Positions 28,014-37,927 of a stretch of DNA of 64,000 nt are shown piece by piece. Both the position numbers and the translations under genes were made by a program. The stretch comes from Minisyncoccota bacterium (GTDB taxonomy: Bacteria; Patescibacteriota; Minisyncoccia; Phycocordibacterales; UBA9973). The notes beneath the pieces were generated by a model. That model was given only the letters and a program-made list of their open reading frames with translations. It was not told where the DNA came from and searched no databases. The stretch is from contig JBAYVZ010000002.1 in assembly GCA_041674285.1 (NCBI GenBank), forward strand, positions 14,600-78,599. The letters are read 5' to 3'. How positions within the stretch are numbered: position 1 is the first letter of the stretch; every line of letters begins with the position of its first letter.

Positions 28014-28716
28014 AATAAACAGATACCTAGCGCTCAATAACTACGCCACTCGAAAAGGCGCAGATGTACTTGTCGAAAAAGGACACGTATTGATAAATGG
28101 CAAGAAAGCTATACTAGGAGACCTAGTGTATGAGAATGACGAGGTGGAGGTACGAGAGAGCGCAGTAAAACGTGATTATGTATATTATGCATATAACAAA
28201 GCTCGAGGAGTATCTACTAATCCAGAAAAAGGATGCAAGGATATCCTAAAAATTACAAAATTTAATGAAAAAGTATTCCCTGTCGGACGCCTAGACAAAG
28301 ATTCTCACGGATTGATTATCATGACAAATGATGGACGTATAACAGACAGACTGCTCTCCCCTAAATACATCCACGAAAAAGAATATGTAGTAAAACTCAA
28401 ATTAGATTTCTCTGATATATTCCTAGACATGATGGGGACAGGAATAAGAATCGATGGTTTTACCACAAAGAAATGTAAGATATGGCGCGCCACAAAGGCT
28501 GGTAAGCCAAGTACTGACACATTCAAGATAATCCTCACAGAAGGCAAGAAACGTCAGATTAGACGCATGTGTGAGGCCCTACACCATGATGTCCTAGACC
28601 TATTCCGTACACGTATTATGAATATCCAGATCGGAAAGATCGCAGATAGTGATTACAGAAAGATAGAGGGTCAGGAGCTTAAAGATTTCCTAGGCCTATT
28701 GGGTATAGAAAAATAG
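27991..28716 (+). CDS. rRNA pseudouridine synthase (RsuA/RluB/RluF family)
   Basis: S4 domain, GRLDKDS, LTEGKKRQIRRM. Confidence 0.93.
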   Translation: MNFTYPIRINRYLALNNYATRKGADVLVEKGHVLINGKKAILGDLVYENDEVEVRESAVKRDYVYYAYNKARGVSTNPEKGCKDILKITKFNEKVFPVGRLDKDSHGLIIMTNDGRITDRLLSPKYIHEKEYVVKLKLDFSDIFLDMMGTGIRIDGFTTKKCKIWRATKAGKPSTDTFKIILTEGKKRQIRRMCEALHHDVLDLFRTRIMNIQIGKIADSDYRKIEGQELKDFLGLLGIEK

Positions 28717-28769
28717 TTTAAATAGATACGAACAAAAGCCCCGGCATACTGCCGGGGCTTTTTTGCACT

Positions 28770-30743
28770 CTAATTAGCCTTCTTACAAGAACTGTTAATC
28801 AACTCCCTCGTCTTTGGTCCTACTAATCCATCACCAGTGACACCAAATTTGTTTTGCATTTTAACAACTATTGATTTTGTATTTGGTCCAAATATTCCAT
28901 CCTCTTTGACTGGTCCGTATCCTAGTCTGTTCATATGAGATTGGAGTATCTTTACATCACTGACTACATTCTTGGTATATGTATTGTACACACCGTCTCT
29001 GGCTCCAGATCTGATCTTTTGAGTTAATGCAGTACACTTTGTATTTGGAATTGTAGTTGGTGTAGGAACAGTGACTGGTACTACGACAGGAGCGGGTGCA
29101 ACTACGACTGATACAGCAGGGGCAGAGTATCTTGAAGATGAAGAAGAACTTCCATATCTTCTAGGGCACGATGATGTAGTAAATGTATCGTCAGATCCAT
29201 TTGTAGTACCTGCTGTGTTAGTAGAGAAAGCACGGTAGTGATATGTAGTATTACATGAGAGTCCTGTGATATCTGCAGTATATGCACCAGTACTGTATGA
29301 ACCTGATTCAGATGATGTAGATCCGTAGCTGTCTGTTAGGCCATAGTGGAATCCACGGGCAGTGTTGTTCTCACCTCCTGTGTTTGTGATGTTACCACCT
29401 AGTGTCGCAGTCTCAGTAGTGATACTGGATGCAGATGTAGTGGAGATTGTAGGGGCACATGCTGTAGTAGTGAAAGTAGAATCAGAGCCATTGGTCGTAC
29501 CTGCTGTATTTGTAGCAAATGCACGGTAGTGATACAGAGTGTTACATGATAGTCCTGTGATATCTGCAGTGTATGCACCAGTACTGTATGAACCTGATTC
29601 AGATGATGTAGATCCGTAACTGTCTGTTAGACCGTAGTGGAATCCTCGAGCAGTGTTGTTCTCACCTCCTGTGTTTGTGATGTTACCACCTAGTGTCGCA
29701 GTTGTGGCAGTTACGCTAGATGAAGATCCGGTGGTGATTGTGGGGGCGACAGTATATGTGATATCTGCGGTCCAAATATTCATATTAGAACTTCCAACTG
29801 CAATTTTTGTTCCATCAGCTGACAAAGCAACTACAGATGAATCTCTAGATCCAGCAGATGTTTGACTTGTCCACGTAGCTCCGCTATCACCTGATATATA
29901 AACATAATCACTATACCCAGATGCTGCAATCTTAGTACCATCAGAAGACATAGCTACCGATGCCCACTGACGACTACCAGAAGAATTACTATTTGTAGAC
30001 CAAGTCACTCCACTATCTGTGGATGTATATATATAACCACCACTATCTGCTGCTGCAATTTTTGTACCATCAGAAGACATAGCGATTGAGGACCACTGAC
30101 GACTACCAGAAGAATTACTATTTGTAAACCAAGTCACTCCACTATCTGTGGATGTATATATATAACCACCACTATCTGCTGCTGCAATTTTTGTACCATC
30201 AGAAGACATAGCAACTGATGTCCAATTCCTATCCCCTGCAGCATTTAAATTATTGGTCCAATTGGCACCACTATCCCCTGAAGTATAAACTTTTTCATAA
30301 TATCCCAAAGCTACTAGCTTTGTACCATCGGAAGATGAATCAACACCTTTCCAATAACGAGAAAATCCGGAAGGTGCCACTGGGTCAGAAACTATCTGTG
30401 TCCAAGTAGCTCCACTATTTGAAGAAATATAAAGATAATCATTATAAGCTGATGCTATCAGTTTTGTTCCATCAGAAGATGAAGAGATTGAATTCCAGTT
30501 TTTACTACCTGAAGAATTTCCGTTTGTAGACCACGTTACCCCACTATCCGTAGAAGTATAAATATAACCAAAAGATACTGCAGCAGCGAGCTTTGTACCA
30601 TCGGAAGAAGAAGCTATGGCATTCCACGATGCAACACCAGAACCTGTATGCTCTGTCCAAGTAGCAGATACAGCAGAAGCTTGCATTGGCAAGAGACTCA
30701 CGACTAGAAACAAGATAGATAAAATTGAATAAAATTTTTTCAT
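28770..30743 (-). CDS. Secreted/surface protein: BNR/beta-propeller repeats, two FnIII-like repeats, C-terminal peptidoglycan-binding-like domain
   Basis: Signal peptide MKKFYSIL..., S.DSG.TW Asp-box repeats, duplicated YHYRAF module, DGIFGPNT...DGLVGPKT. Confidence 0.85.
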   Translation of the reverse strand: MKKFYSILSILFLVVSLLPMQASAVSATWTEHTGSGVASWNAIASSSDGTKLAAAVSFGYIYTSTDSGVTWSTNGNSSGSKNWNSISSSSDGTKLIASAYNDYLYISSNSGATWTQIVSDPVAPSGFSRYWKGVDSSSDGTKLVALGYYEKVYTSGDSGANWTNNLNAAGDRNWTSVAMSSDGTKIAAADSGGYIYTSTDSGVTWFTNSNSSGSRQWSSIAMSSDGTKIAAADSGGYIYTSTDSGVTWSTNSNSSGSRQWASVAMSSDGTKIAASGYSDYVYISGDSGATWTSQTSAGSRDSSVVALSADGTKIAVGSSNMNIWTADITYTVAPTITTGSSSSVTATTATLGGNITNTGGENNTARGFHYGLTDSYGSTSSESGSYSTGAYTADITGLSCNTLYHYRAFATNTAGTTNGSDSTFTTTACAPTISTTSASSITTETATLGGNITNTGGENNTARGFHYGLTDSYGSTSSESGSYSTGAYTADITGLSCNTTYHYRAFSTNTAGTTNGSDDTFTTSSCPRRYGSSSSSSRYSAPAVSVVVAPAPVVVPVTVPTPTTIPNTKCTALTQKIRSGARDGVYNTYTKNVVSDVKILQSHMNRLGYGPVKEDGIFGPNTKSIVVKMQNKFGVTGDGLVGPKTRELINSSCKKAN

Positions 30744-30829
30744 GTAATGGCAATAAATAATTGTAATATACATACTATTATACAATACCCACAAAAAAAC
30801 ACCACGAATGTGGTGTTTTTTTGTGGGTA

Positions 30830-31030
30830 TTATTTTGCTACGTATGGTAGTAGACCCATGAATCTTGCGCGCTTTACAGCTTCTGCTAGCTTGCGTTGAT
30901 TTTTAGCTGTGACACTTGTGCGTCGGCGAGCCATCATCTTTGCAGCTGGAGACAAGAAACGTTTTAGCAATTCGATATCTTTATAATCGATATGCTTTAT
31001 GTTGTTTGAACTAAAGTAATCTTGTTTCAT
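30830..31030 (-). CDS. rpsR: 30S ribosomal protein S18
   Basis: IDYKD..LL..F, QRKLA.AVKRAR..GLLPY. Confidence 0.97.
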   Translation of the reverse strand: MKQDYFSSNNIKHIDYKDIELLKRFLSPAAKMMARRRTSVTAKNQRKLAEAVKRARFMGLLPYVAK

Positions 31031-31148
31031 CCCGTTAGAGATAGGAAGTCCTGAGACTTCCGTATCTTATTGATTATTGTTAATAATATAGACCTGAGTA
31101 TTTTTTGATACTACCCGATAAAGACATAACGAAACATCTCTAACGGGA
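31031..31148 (-). mobile_element. Start-codon-inserted TIR element, copy 3 (rpsR)
   Basis: Sense ATGAAA-TCCCGTTAGAGAT...ATCTCTAACGGG-ATGAAA; internal hairpin GGAAGTC-N4-GACTTCC. Confidence 0.85.
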
Positions 31149-31160
31149 TTTCATAATTTT

Positions 31161-31610
31161 TTAGAATGGGATATCCTCTACATTGATTGCATCATCTGGG
31201 TATTCGATACTGTCCATTGATGAATCTTCTTTTGGAGCTGGTGCCCCAGGAGTAGAAGGTCTTGGGCTACCAGATGGTGATCCAGTAGAACCAAATTGTA
31301 CACGGTCAGCGATGACTTCAGTGCGATACTTCTTTGTACCAGTGCCTGCATCATCCCAACTTCTTGTCTGCATTCTTCCTTCAATCATAACCTGACTACC
31401 CTTTTTCATGTATTGAGCCACTGTTTCTGCTTGGCGTCCGAATACTACGATATTGTGATAATCAGCAGCTTCTTGTTTTGCACCATTTGCATCTTTCCAG
31501 ACACGATTAGTTGCTACAGAGAAACTACAAACTTTGATTCCAGAAGGCAGTGCCTTTATCTCTGGATCACGAGTCAAATTTCCGATAATAAATGCTTTGT
31601 TTAAGTACAT
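31161..31610 (-). CDS. ssb: Single-stranded DNA-binding protein
   Basis: NKAFIIGNLTRDPE, EGRMQTRSW, C-terminal DIPF. Confidence 0.98.
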   Translation of the reverse strand: MYLNKAFIIGNLTRDPEIKALPSGIKVCSFSVATNRVWKDANGAKQEAADYHNIVVFGRQAETVAQYMKKGSQVMIEGRMQTRSWDDAGTGTKKYRTEVIADRVQFGSTGSPSGSPRPSTPGAPAPKEDSSMDSIEYPDDAINVEDIPF

Positions 31611-31725
31611 CCCGTTAGAAGCAGGAAATGTTTACATTTCCGTTACTTGGTTATTGTTATAATATCGACATAAATAGAATATTATTTATATTTACCCGCT
31701 CTAGCCATAAAAGCTTCTAACGGGA
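31611..31725 (-). mobile_element. Start-codon-inserted TIR element, copy 4 (ssb)
   Basis: Sense ATGTA-TCCCGTTAGAAGC...GCTTCTAACGGG-ATGTA. Confidence 0.85.
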
Positions 31726-31733
31726 TACATATA

Positions 31734-32207
31734 TTATTCTAGCACGAGAGCGTCGATTTCTTTATCAACAGCCTCTTCATCGATCGGAGCCATCTCTGCC
31801 TCTGTCTTTGTGTGCGCTGGCTTGCGGCGTGGACCGTCAGCTTTGTATGCACGCTTTTGAGACATAGTATTCTCGCGAACAGTCTTGATCATGATGTAGC
31901 GGATGAATGTCTCATTCTTGTCCATCATGTCTTTGATAACAACTGCAGCTTCTGTATTTGTCTCAAACTTTACCCAGCCAAAGTATCCATAAGAAAACTT
32001 TTGCTTTTTGTTCATAATACTGCGACTCATTTCATATGCTAGTTCCATCATACGAGGATACTCATCTGAAATAAATGTCACACCTTTTGCAGTTAAAATA
32101 TCTTTAAATGCTGTAACTTCTGCACCTAGATTCTCTTCTGCGATAGAAGGAACCATAAGGTAACCTATCTCATACACACTTGTACGAGCTTTTGTTTCAT
32201 TTTCCAT
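31734..32207 (-). CDS. rpsF: 30S ribosomal protein S6
   Basis: YEIGY, LAY, GYFGW, IRY motifs; rpsF-ssb-rpsR synteny. Confidence 0.9.
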   Translation of the reverse strand: MENETKARTSVYEIGYLMVPSIAEENLGAEVTAFKDILTAKGVTFISDEYPRMMELAYEMSRSIMNKKQKFSYGYFGWVKFETNTEAAVVIKDMMDKNETFIRYIMIKTVRENTMSQKRAYKADGPRRKPAHTKTEAEMAPIDEEAVDKEIDALVLE

Positions 32208-32249
32208 GATTTTTGCGTAAAAATACGCTTATAATTACTACTTTTAAAA

Positions 32250-32305
32250 TACTGTTGTTGTGGACCTTTGTATCCCCGTTTTCAGTACGAGGATAAACGA
32301 CAGTA
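32250..32305 (-). promoter_or_regulatory. Hairpin in rpsF leader (candidate ribosomal-protein autoregulatory site)
   Basis: Sense tactgtcgtt-tatcctcgt-loop-acggggata-bulge-aacaacagta. Confidence 0.4.
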
Positions 32306-32341
32306 GAGTTATATTAGCAGAAAAACCCTATTTTGGCAAGG

Positions 32342-32412
32342 CCCGTTAGAAGCCGCCCCCGATAGTAATCGGGTGACTACGGTCACCCTGGGGCGACCTG
32401 CTTCTAACGGGC
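32342..32412. mobile_element. Short GC-rich relative of the TIR family, immediately after the tatD stop
   Basis: CCCGTTAGAAGC...GCTTCTAACGGG, flanked by caagg direct repeats (32337-32341, 32413-32417), cloverleaf interior. Confidence 0.8.
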
Positions 32413-32417
32413 CAAGG

Positions 32418-33260
32418 TTATATTTTGAACACCCTTTTAGCATTGGCTATGATAGTCTCTGCCACTACTTCAGGGTCCAGACCCTTTATCTCAGCGATTT
32501 TTTTTGTGATTTCTTGTACATATACGGGTTCATTGCGCTTGCCTCTATAAGGCTTTGGACTGACATATGGCGAGTCCGTCTCTGTCATGATCATATCAAT
32601 CGGAGTCTGCCTTATCACCTCATCATAGTCATGGGTGAATGTGACTACCCCTGTAAAAGATAGAGTAAAACCAAATTCTACAAATGCACGAGCGACATCT
32701 GGTGAACCAGCAAAAAAGTGCACATCCCCTTTTACCTTGGCATGTTGTTTTAAAATTTCTAGTGAATCAGCATATGCATCATATGTCTTATCCTCGGGAT
32801 TATTGCGGATGTGGAGCATCAGTGGCTTGCATACTTCATTTGCGATTTCAATTTGTCCGATGAATGCTTCTTTTTGTTTTTGTATTGTCTCTGGAGTACA
32901 CCTGTAATAATCCAATCCGCACTCACCGACTGCGACTACTTTTGGATCACGGAGTAATCCTATGTATTTTTCTTTATCAAAAATTTCTCCACGAGAAGTG
33001 AATTCTATTCCACCCTCACCCAATTCCTTTTCATCGTGATATGAGGCGCCAGTATGTATCGGATGCAGTCCGATGATGGCATATACGCCCTCATTATATT
33101 CATGTGCCATCTCCACCGCCTTGCGACTTGTGTCTATCTGTGTACCCACATTTATCACCCATGTATCCGCATCGAGTGCCCTACGAATAACAGCATCACG
33201 ATCTTCATCGAATGCCTTGAAATTCACATGTGAATGTATGTCTATATATTTTGGTGTCAT
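32418..33260 (-). CDS. tatD: TatD family hydrolase
   Basis: IDIHSH, GLHP, GECGLDY, ETDSPY, RGKRNEP. Confidence 0.95.
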   Translation of the reverse strand: MTPKYIDIHSHVNFKAFDEDRDAVIRRALDADTWVINVGTQIDTSRKAVEMAHEYNEGVYAIIGLHPIHTGASYHDEKELGEGGIEFTSRGEIFDKEKYIGLLRDPKVVAVGECGLDYYRCTPETIQKQKEAFIGQIEIANEVCKPLMLHIRNNPEDKTYDAYADSLEILKQHAKVKGDVHFFAGSPDVARAFVEFGFTLSFTGVVTFTHDYDEVIRQTPIDMIMTETDSPYVSPKPYRGKRNEPVYVQEITKKIAEIKGLDPEVVAETIIANAKRVFKI

Positions 33261-34727
33261 TTAATCCTTTCTTAAAAATAGTGGGACCTCCGGCTTTTTA
33301 TTTTCTTTTATTAAAGCTTTTAGTTTTACATTTGTCTCCGGCATTATTGGATTGAGCATTCGCGCGATAGTATAAAGTTCAAGTATCATTTCAGAAATTA
33401 ATTGCTTACCTTTTTCTGGGTCAGTTTTTACAACCTTGAATGGCTCAGTAGTTTGAATTTTTTTATCCAATTCTTGTATTTTATCCCAAATACTATCAAC
33501 TGCTTTTTTGATATCAAAAGATTCATACAGAGAAAAGTATTCAGAAAAATCTGTTCTTTCTGGAATCTCAGGACACTGGTCTAAATATTTTTCAGAGAGA
33601 GTTAATAATCTTGAAGAAAGATTCCCCAATCCATTCGCAAGGCCACTGTTGTATGAATCTTTGAATCTTTCGATAGTGAATGGTGAATCTTCAAATGAAG
33701 ACACTTCACGAAGAAGGAAATAGCGCAGTGCATCTGTGCCGTATTCGGATACGATATCCTGCGGATCAACTACATTACCCAATGTCTTGGACATCTTCAG
33801 TCCTCCATCAGCTGTGATGAATCCATTGATCACTATCTGCTTTGAATTTGGCACTCCTGCAGCCATGAGCATTGACTGCCACATTGCACTCTGAAAGCGT
33901 AGATTATCCTTGCCACAGTATTGTGTGGGTGAACCATTGACCCAGTATTTCTGGAATTTTTCACTTGCGACAAGTGCATCGAGTGTATCTACTCCATCGT
34001 CGGCCAAGGTAGAGATATAGTTTGTAAGTGCATCGAACCATACATACATCACATGATCAGAGTCATCTGGCACGGGTATACCCCATGGCATCTTGGTAGC
34101 GAGGCGTGAAATAGAAAAATCTTGTAGACCTCTTGCGACGAATGCTTTGATCTCGTTGTAGCGGAAATCTGGCACGACAAAATTTGGATTTGCATTATAA
34201 AAATCTGTGAGCTTTTCTGTAAAAGCAGAATACTTGAAGAAATAATTTTCTTCTTCGATGACTTCAAGTGCGCGTCCAGGATGATCCGGACACTCCCCAT
34301 TTACCAGTTCACTATCAGACTTTTCAGACTCACAACCTACGCAGTATTTTGTCTGATAATTTTTCTTGTAGATATAACCATTCTCTTTACACTTCATCCA
34401 AAAACTTTGTGCAATCTTCTCATGCCTCTTGTCAGTAGTACGGATAAAATGTATATCATCGGATAATCCAAAGATATTTACAGACTCGCGAAAATTTTGA
34501 AAACTATGATCGACGAATTCTTGCGCAGTCAGGTTTTGTGATTGTGCTTTCTCGTAGATCTTCATACCGTGCTCGTCTGTACCAGTATTGAAATACACAT
34601 CAAAATCATTGAGCTTTTTGTATCGTACTATCGCATCCGCACGCACAAATTCCAATGCATGCCCCATATGGAGATTTGCATTTACGTATGGTAGTGTAGT
34701 TGTCAGGTAAAATGGTTTTTTATTCAT
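33261..34727 (-). CDS. metG: Methionine--tRNA ligase
   Basis: PYVN..LHMGH, TGTDEHG, YVWFDAL, KMSKT; start taken at MNKKPF. Confidence 0.97.
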   Translation of the reverse strand: MNKKPFYLTTTLPYVNANLHMGHALEFVRADAIVRYKKLNDFDVYFNTGTDEHGMKIYEKAQSQNLTAQEFVDHSFQNFRESVNIFGLSDDIHFIRTTDKRHEKIAQSFWMKCKENGYIYKKNYQTKYCVGCESEKSDSELVNGECPDHPGRALEVIEEENYFFKYSAFTEKLTDFYNANPNFVVPDFRYNEIKAFVARGLQDFSISRLATKMPWGIPVPDDSDHVMYVWFDALTNYISTLADDGVDTLDALVASEKFQKYWVNGSPTQYCGKDNLRFQSAMWQSMLMAAGVPNSKQIVINGFITADGGLKMSKTLGNVVDPQDIVSEYGTDALRYFLLREVSSFEDSPFTIERFKDSYNSGLANGLGNLSSRLLTLSEKYLDQCPEIPERTDFSEYFSLYESFDIKKAVDSIWDKIQELDKKIQTTEPFKVVKTDPEKGKQLISEMILELYTIARMLNPIMPETNVKLKALIKENKKPEVPLFLRKD

Positions 34728-34728
34728 A

Positions 34729-35799
34729 TTAATTCGTTCGGGCAAGAATCTTTTTCTTTTCTATATCATCTAGGAATTCCAGTAGACACACAGCACCAGG
34801 AATAGCGAGTATCACACCCCAGAATCCAGCCAATTCAAAACCGATAATCACAGCGAGTATCACCACGAGTGGAGATATACCTACCACCTTTTTGATTATC
34901 AATGGGGCGATGAGATATGTCTCAAATTGATGCAGTATTATATATATCACAAAACTCATGATAGCCATAGGTATACCACCAGATAGGAACCCAAACATGA
35001 TAGCCGGCACCATAGCCAGATATATACCAAAAGGAATCAACTCAAACAATGCAGTGATGATCGCTATGACCAGAGAGTACTGTACTCCGAGTATGGTCAG
35101 TGATAGGTATGCGAGCATTCCTATAATCACACCTAGTAGCAGCTGACCCTGCATCCATAGACCAATCTTTCTCTCTGTCCTCTGCCATAGAGATATCGCA
35201 TATTCCTCATGAGCATCAGGGATAACTATTCTTAGGAAATTCTCAATACCTTTTTCTTTTGCCGAAAGATAAAAAGATATAATCACGATTAGGATTAGAT
35301 TGAATACACTACCAAAAGCATTCCCAGCTACTTCAAAGAATCCACCAGAGAAAGTAGATATCAGATTCTGAGTACTCTTTATCAAATCAGGCAGAGAGGC
35401 TTTACTAGAGGATATTGTCTTTACTACATTTTGAGCTCCACTAATAGTATCTGTCTGGAAACTATTTAGGATACTACTATTGGGTATGTATTTGCCTAGC
35501 TGAGCTACGAGACCAGACATCTCACTCACAAACACAGGTATAAAGATAGAAGACAACCACACTAGCAGACTGATAGTAACAGTATAAATCAGGAAGACAG
35601 CGAGAGTTCTATTTGGGATGAACTTCCGTAATTTCAAGAATGAGAACTCTACAAAAGAAGCCAACACTATAGACGTCAGAGTGACGAGTATAATATTCGT
35701 CAATTTGAATAATGCCAACATTATCAAGATAAATACAAAAATCCGCACCAATGTACTAGTAGATATGCTAACCTCATGTTTTGTAATATGTTCACTCAT
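34729..35799 (-). CDS. AI-2E family transporter
   Basis: Multi-TM, W..GQ, ELIP, P.I..KVVGISP, G.ILAIP. Confidence 0.88.
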   Translation of the reverse strand: MSEHITKHEVSISTSTLVRIFVFILIMLALFKLTNIILVTLTSIVLASFVEFSFLKLRKFIPNRTLAVFLIYTVTISLLVWLSSIFIPVFVSEMSGLVAQLGKYIPNSSILNSFQTDTISGAQNVVKTISSSKASLPDLIKSTQNLISTFSGGFFEVAGNAFGSVFNLILIVIISFYLSAKEKGIENFLRIVIPDAHEEYAISLWQRTERKIGLWMQGQLLLGVIIGMLAYLSLTILGVQYSLVIAIITALFELIPFGIYLAMVPAIMFGFLSGGIPMAIMSFVIYIILHQFETYLIAPLIIKKVVGISPLVVILAVIIGFELAGFWGVILAIPGAVCLLEFLDDIEKKKILARTN

Positions 35800-35826
35800 A
35801 ATTATGATTATAACACAATTTACAAC

Positions 35827-37107
35827 TTAAAATGACAATATTTTTTTATAGGACTCAGAATCTTTATCTGGGCCGATCATAGCTAGGGTCAGATTTTTGT
35901 CTACAAAAATCTTTTGGGCCATTTTCTTTATATCTGCAGATGTAACCTTTTCAATCAATTTGATTCTCTCTTCTACTGTCTTCATATCCCCCTTCATCAG
36001 CTCTTGTGTGCCATAGTAGCTAGCGATATCATCTGTAGCTTCTAGTGCCATCTTCATATTGCCAGAGAGAAATGACTTTACTTTTTTCAATTCTAAATCA
36101 CTGACTAATTCAGTTTTTAACTTTGCGCATTCTTTTAAAATTTCTACTATCACTTCTTTTGTACGAGCATTGTTTACACCTGCAGATATTTGGAATACTC
36201 CATGATCGGAAGATGTACTATTATAACTACGCACATAATACGCCACGCCCATCTCCTCGCGAAGCTTTATAAATAGTCGTGAGCTCATACCCGCACCGAG
36301 TACACCAGACAGTACAGATAGTATCGGATTACGTGGATCAAACATGTCAAAGGTACGTACACCTAATACAAAGTGAGTCTGATCTGTGGTCTTGTGTTTT
36401 AGTAGCACTTTTGGTTCACTCTGTTTAACAACAGTCTTCTTTTTTTTACCTTTTGCTGATGCAGAGATGTCACCAAAATATTTCTTAACCTCTTCATTAA
36501 CTTCTTTTTCAGTCACATTACCAGATACAACTATCACAGTGCTACCTGATACGTAGTGTGCATTTTTGTATTTTACAAAATCACCCCTTGTCATCTTTTT
36601 AATATTTTCTTTTGGACCGGCGATATTCCACCCGGCAGGTTGATCCCCGTAGAGTGCCTCAGCAAACATATCCTGCACATGACTCTGAGGCATGTCCTCG
36701 TACATATTTATCTCCTCGATGATCACACCCTTTTCTTTTTCCATCTCACTCTCAGGGAAAGTAGAGTTCAGATAGATATCAGAAACCACATCGAAAATCT
36801 GTTTGAATTTTTTACTATCGGCCTTGGCGTAGTACCCTGTCATCTCGTGATCAGTAAAGGCATTATATTGTGATCCGAGTGCATCGAGCTCGTGGGATAT
36901 AGATTGTGCCGTAGGTCGCTTTATAGTCCCCTTGAAGCACATATGCTCCAAAAAGTGAGAGATACCATTGATATCCCTAGTCTCATAGTCAGATCCAGTA
37001 CCTACCAGTACTAGCACTGTAACAGTGGGATTATCCTTCATAGGGACAGTAACCACCCGCAATCCATTCTTTAAAATTTTCTTTTTTGGTTTTAACATAT
37101 AGTCCAA
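35827..37107 (-). CDS. M16 family zinc peptidase
   Basis: HFLEH (HxxEH), NAFT, SSRLF..LRE. Confidence 0.95.
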   Translation of the reverse strand: MDYMLKPKKKILKNGLRVVTVPMKDNPTVTVLVLVGTGSDYETRDINGISHFLEHMCFKGTIKRPTAQSISHELDALGSQYNAFTDHEMTGYYAKADSKKFKQIFDVVSDIYLNSTFPESEMEKEKGVIIEEINMYEDMPQSHVQDMFAEALYGDQPAGWNIAGPKENIKKMTRGDFVKYKNAHYVSGSTVIVVSGNVTEKEVNEEVKKYFGDISASAKGKKKKTVVKQSEPKVLLKHKTTDQTHFVLGVRTFDMFDPRNPILSVLSGVLGAGMSSRLFIKLREEMGVAYYVRSYNSTSSDHGVFQISAGVNNARTKEVIVEILKECAKLKTELVSDLELKKVKSFLSGNMKMALEATDDIASYYGTQELMKGDMKTVEERIKLIEKVTSADIKKMAQKIFVDKNLTLAMIGPDKDSESYKKILSF

Positions 37108-37147
37108 TATATCATAAAAATACTCATTTTTAAGGTTTTTCTATTTA

Positions 37148-37176
37148 TTGACAAAATACCTCAAAAGGTGTATAAT
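37148..37176 (+). promoter_or_regulatory. Consensus sigma70 promoter
   Basis: TTGACA-17-TATAAT, 26 nt upstream of ATG 37203. Confidence 0.8.
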
Positions 37177-37202
37177 ATACAAAAAATTAAACCCAATTAA
37201 CA

Positions 37203-37871
37203 ATGAAAAATTTATTCAAACTTATGTTGCTATGGGCAACTAGAATTGCTATTTTGACTTTTGTACTATTTACTATTATTGAGATTACTGTGAACAATCT
37301 ACCAGGCAGGTTCATTAATCTTAAAGATTTACTTGATAACTTTTCCCTTGAACTAAGATGGGACCGGATATTATATTCTGTTATCATTTCCGTAGTTTCT
37401 TATATGCTAGTATTAATTTACTCTAAAATAGACTACAAAAACCTACCCGAAAGATTCCATTTTTTATCATTAACTGAAAAAAATTGGAAACAAGAGAAAA
37501 GTAGCTTGAGAGTTGAAGTAATATTTGGTTTGATATGGGGACTTGTTTATGTTGTAATAAAAGACGTAAAGGGCATCCAAATAACGACTGAAATTTCTAT
37601 GACAAAAGATTTTTTTTATTGGATTGCAATAGCTCTTGTAGCTATATATTCTTTATTTGAAAGATCGACGCTAAGGTCCTTAATTTTTGCATTATCTTTT
37701 ATTCTTACAATTACCATTGGGGTAAATTTTCTAAAGGATATGAACGATACTATTACTTTTAGAGATCCACTATTTAATTATATCCTTACTTTAATTATTA
37801 TTGTTATTTTTAGAATAATTAGAATATGTGTGAATTTTATATTTAAGACACACGATTTTGAGAAAGATTAG
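37203..37871 (+). CDS. Hypothetical multi-pass membrane protein (ORFan)
   Basis: 222 aa, about six hydrophobic segments, very AT-rich. Confidence 0.75.
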   Translation: MKNLFKLMLLWATRIAILTFVLFTIIEITVNNLPGRFINLKDLLDNFSLELRWDRILYSVIISVVSYMLVLIYSKIDYKNLPERFHFLSLTEKNWKQEKSSLRVEVIFGLIWGLVYVVIKDVKGIQITTEISMTKDFFYWIAIALVAIYSLFERSTLRSLIFALSFILTITIGVNFLKDMNDTITFRDPLFNYILTLIIIVIFRIIRICVNFIFKTHDFEKD

Positions 37872-37927
37872 GTAGAGATATAACACCAAAATAAAAAGTC
37901 CGGAGCACATTGTGCCCCGGACTTTTT

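Noticed and set aside
31031-31724. Elements as invertible phase-variation switches
   Set aside because: All six full copies have the same orientation relative to their gene, carry direct duplications, and no invertase is present; read data could still test this.
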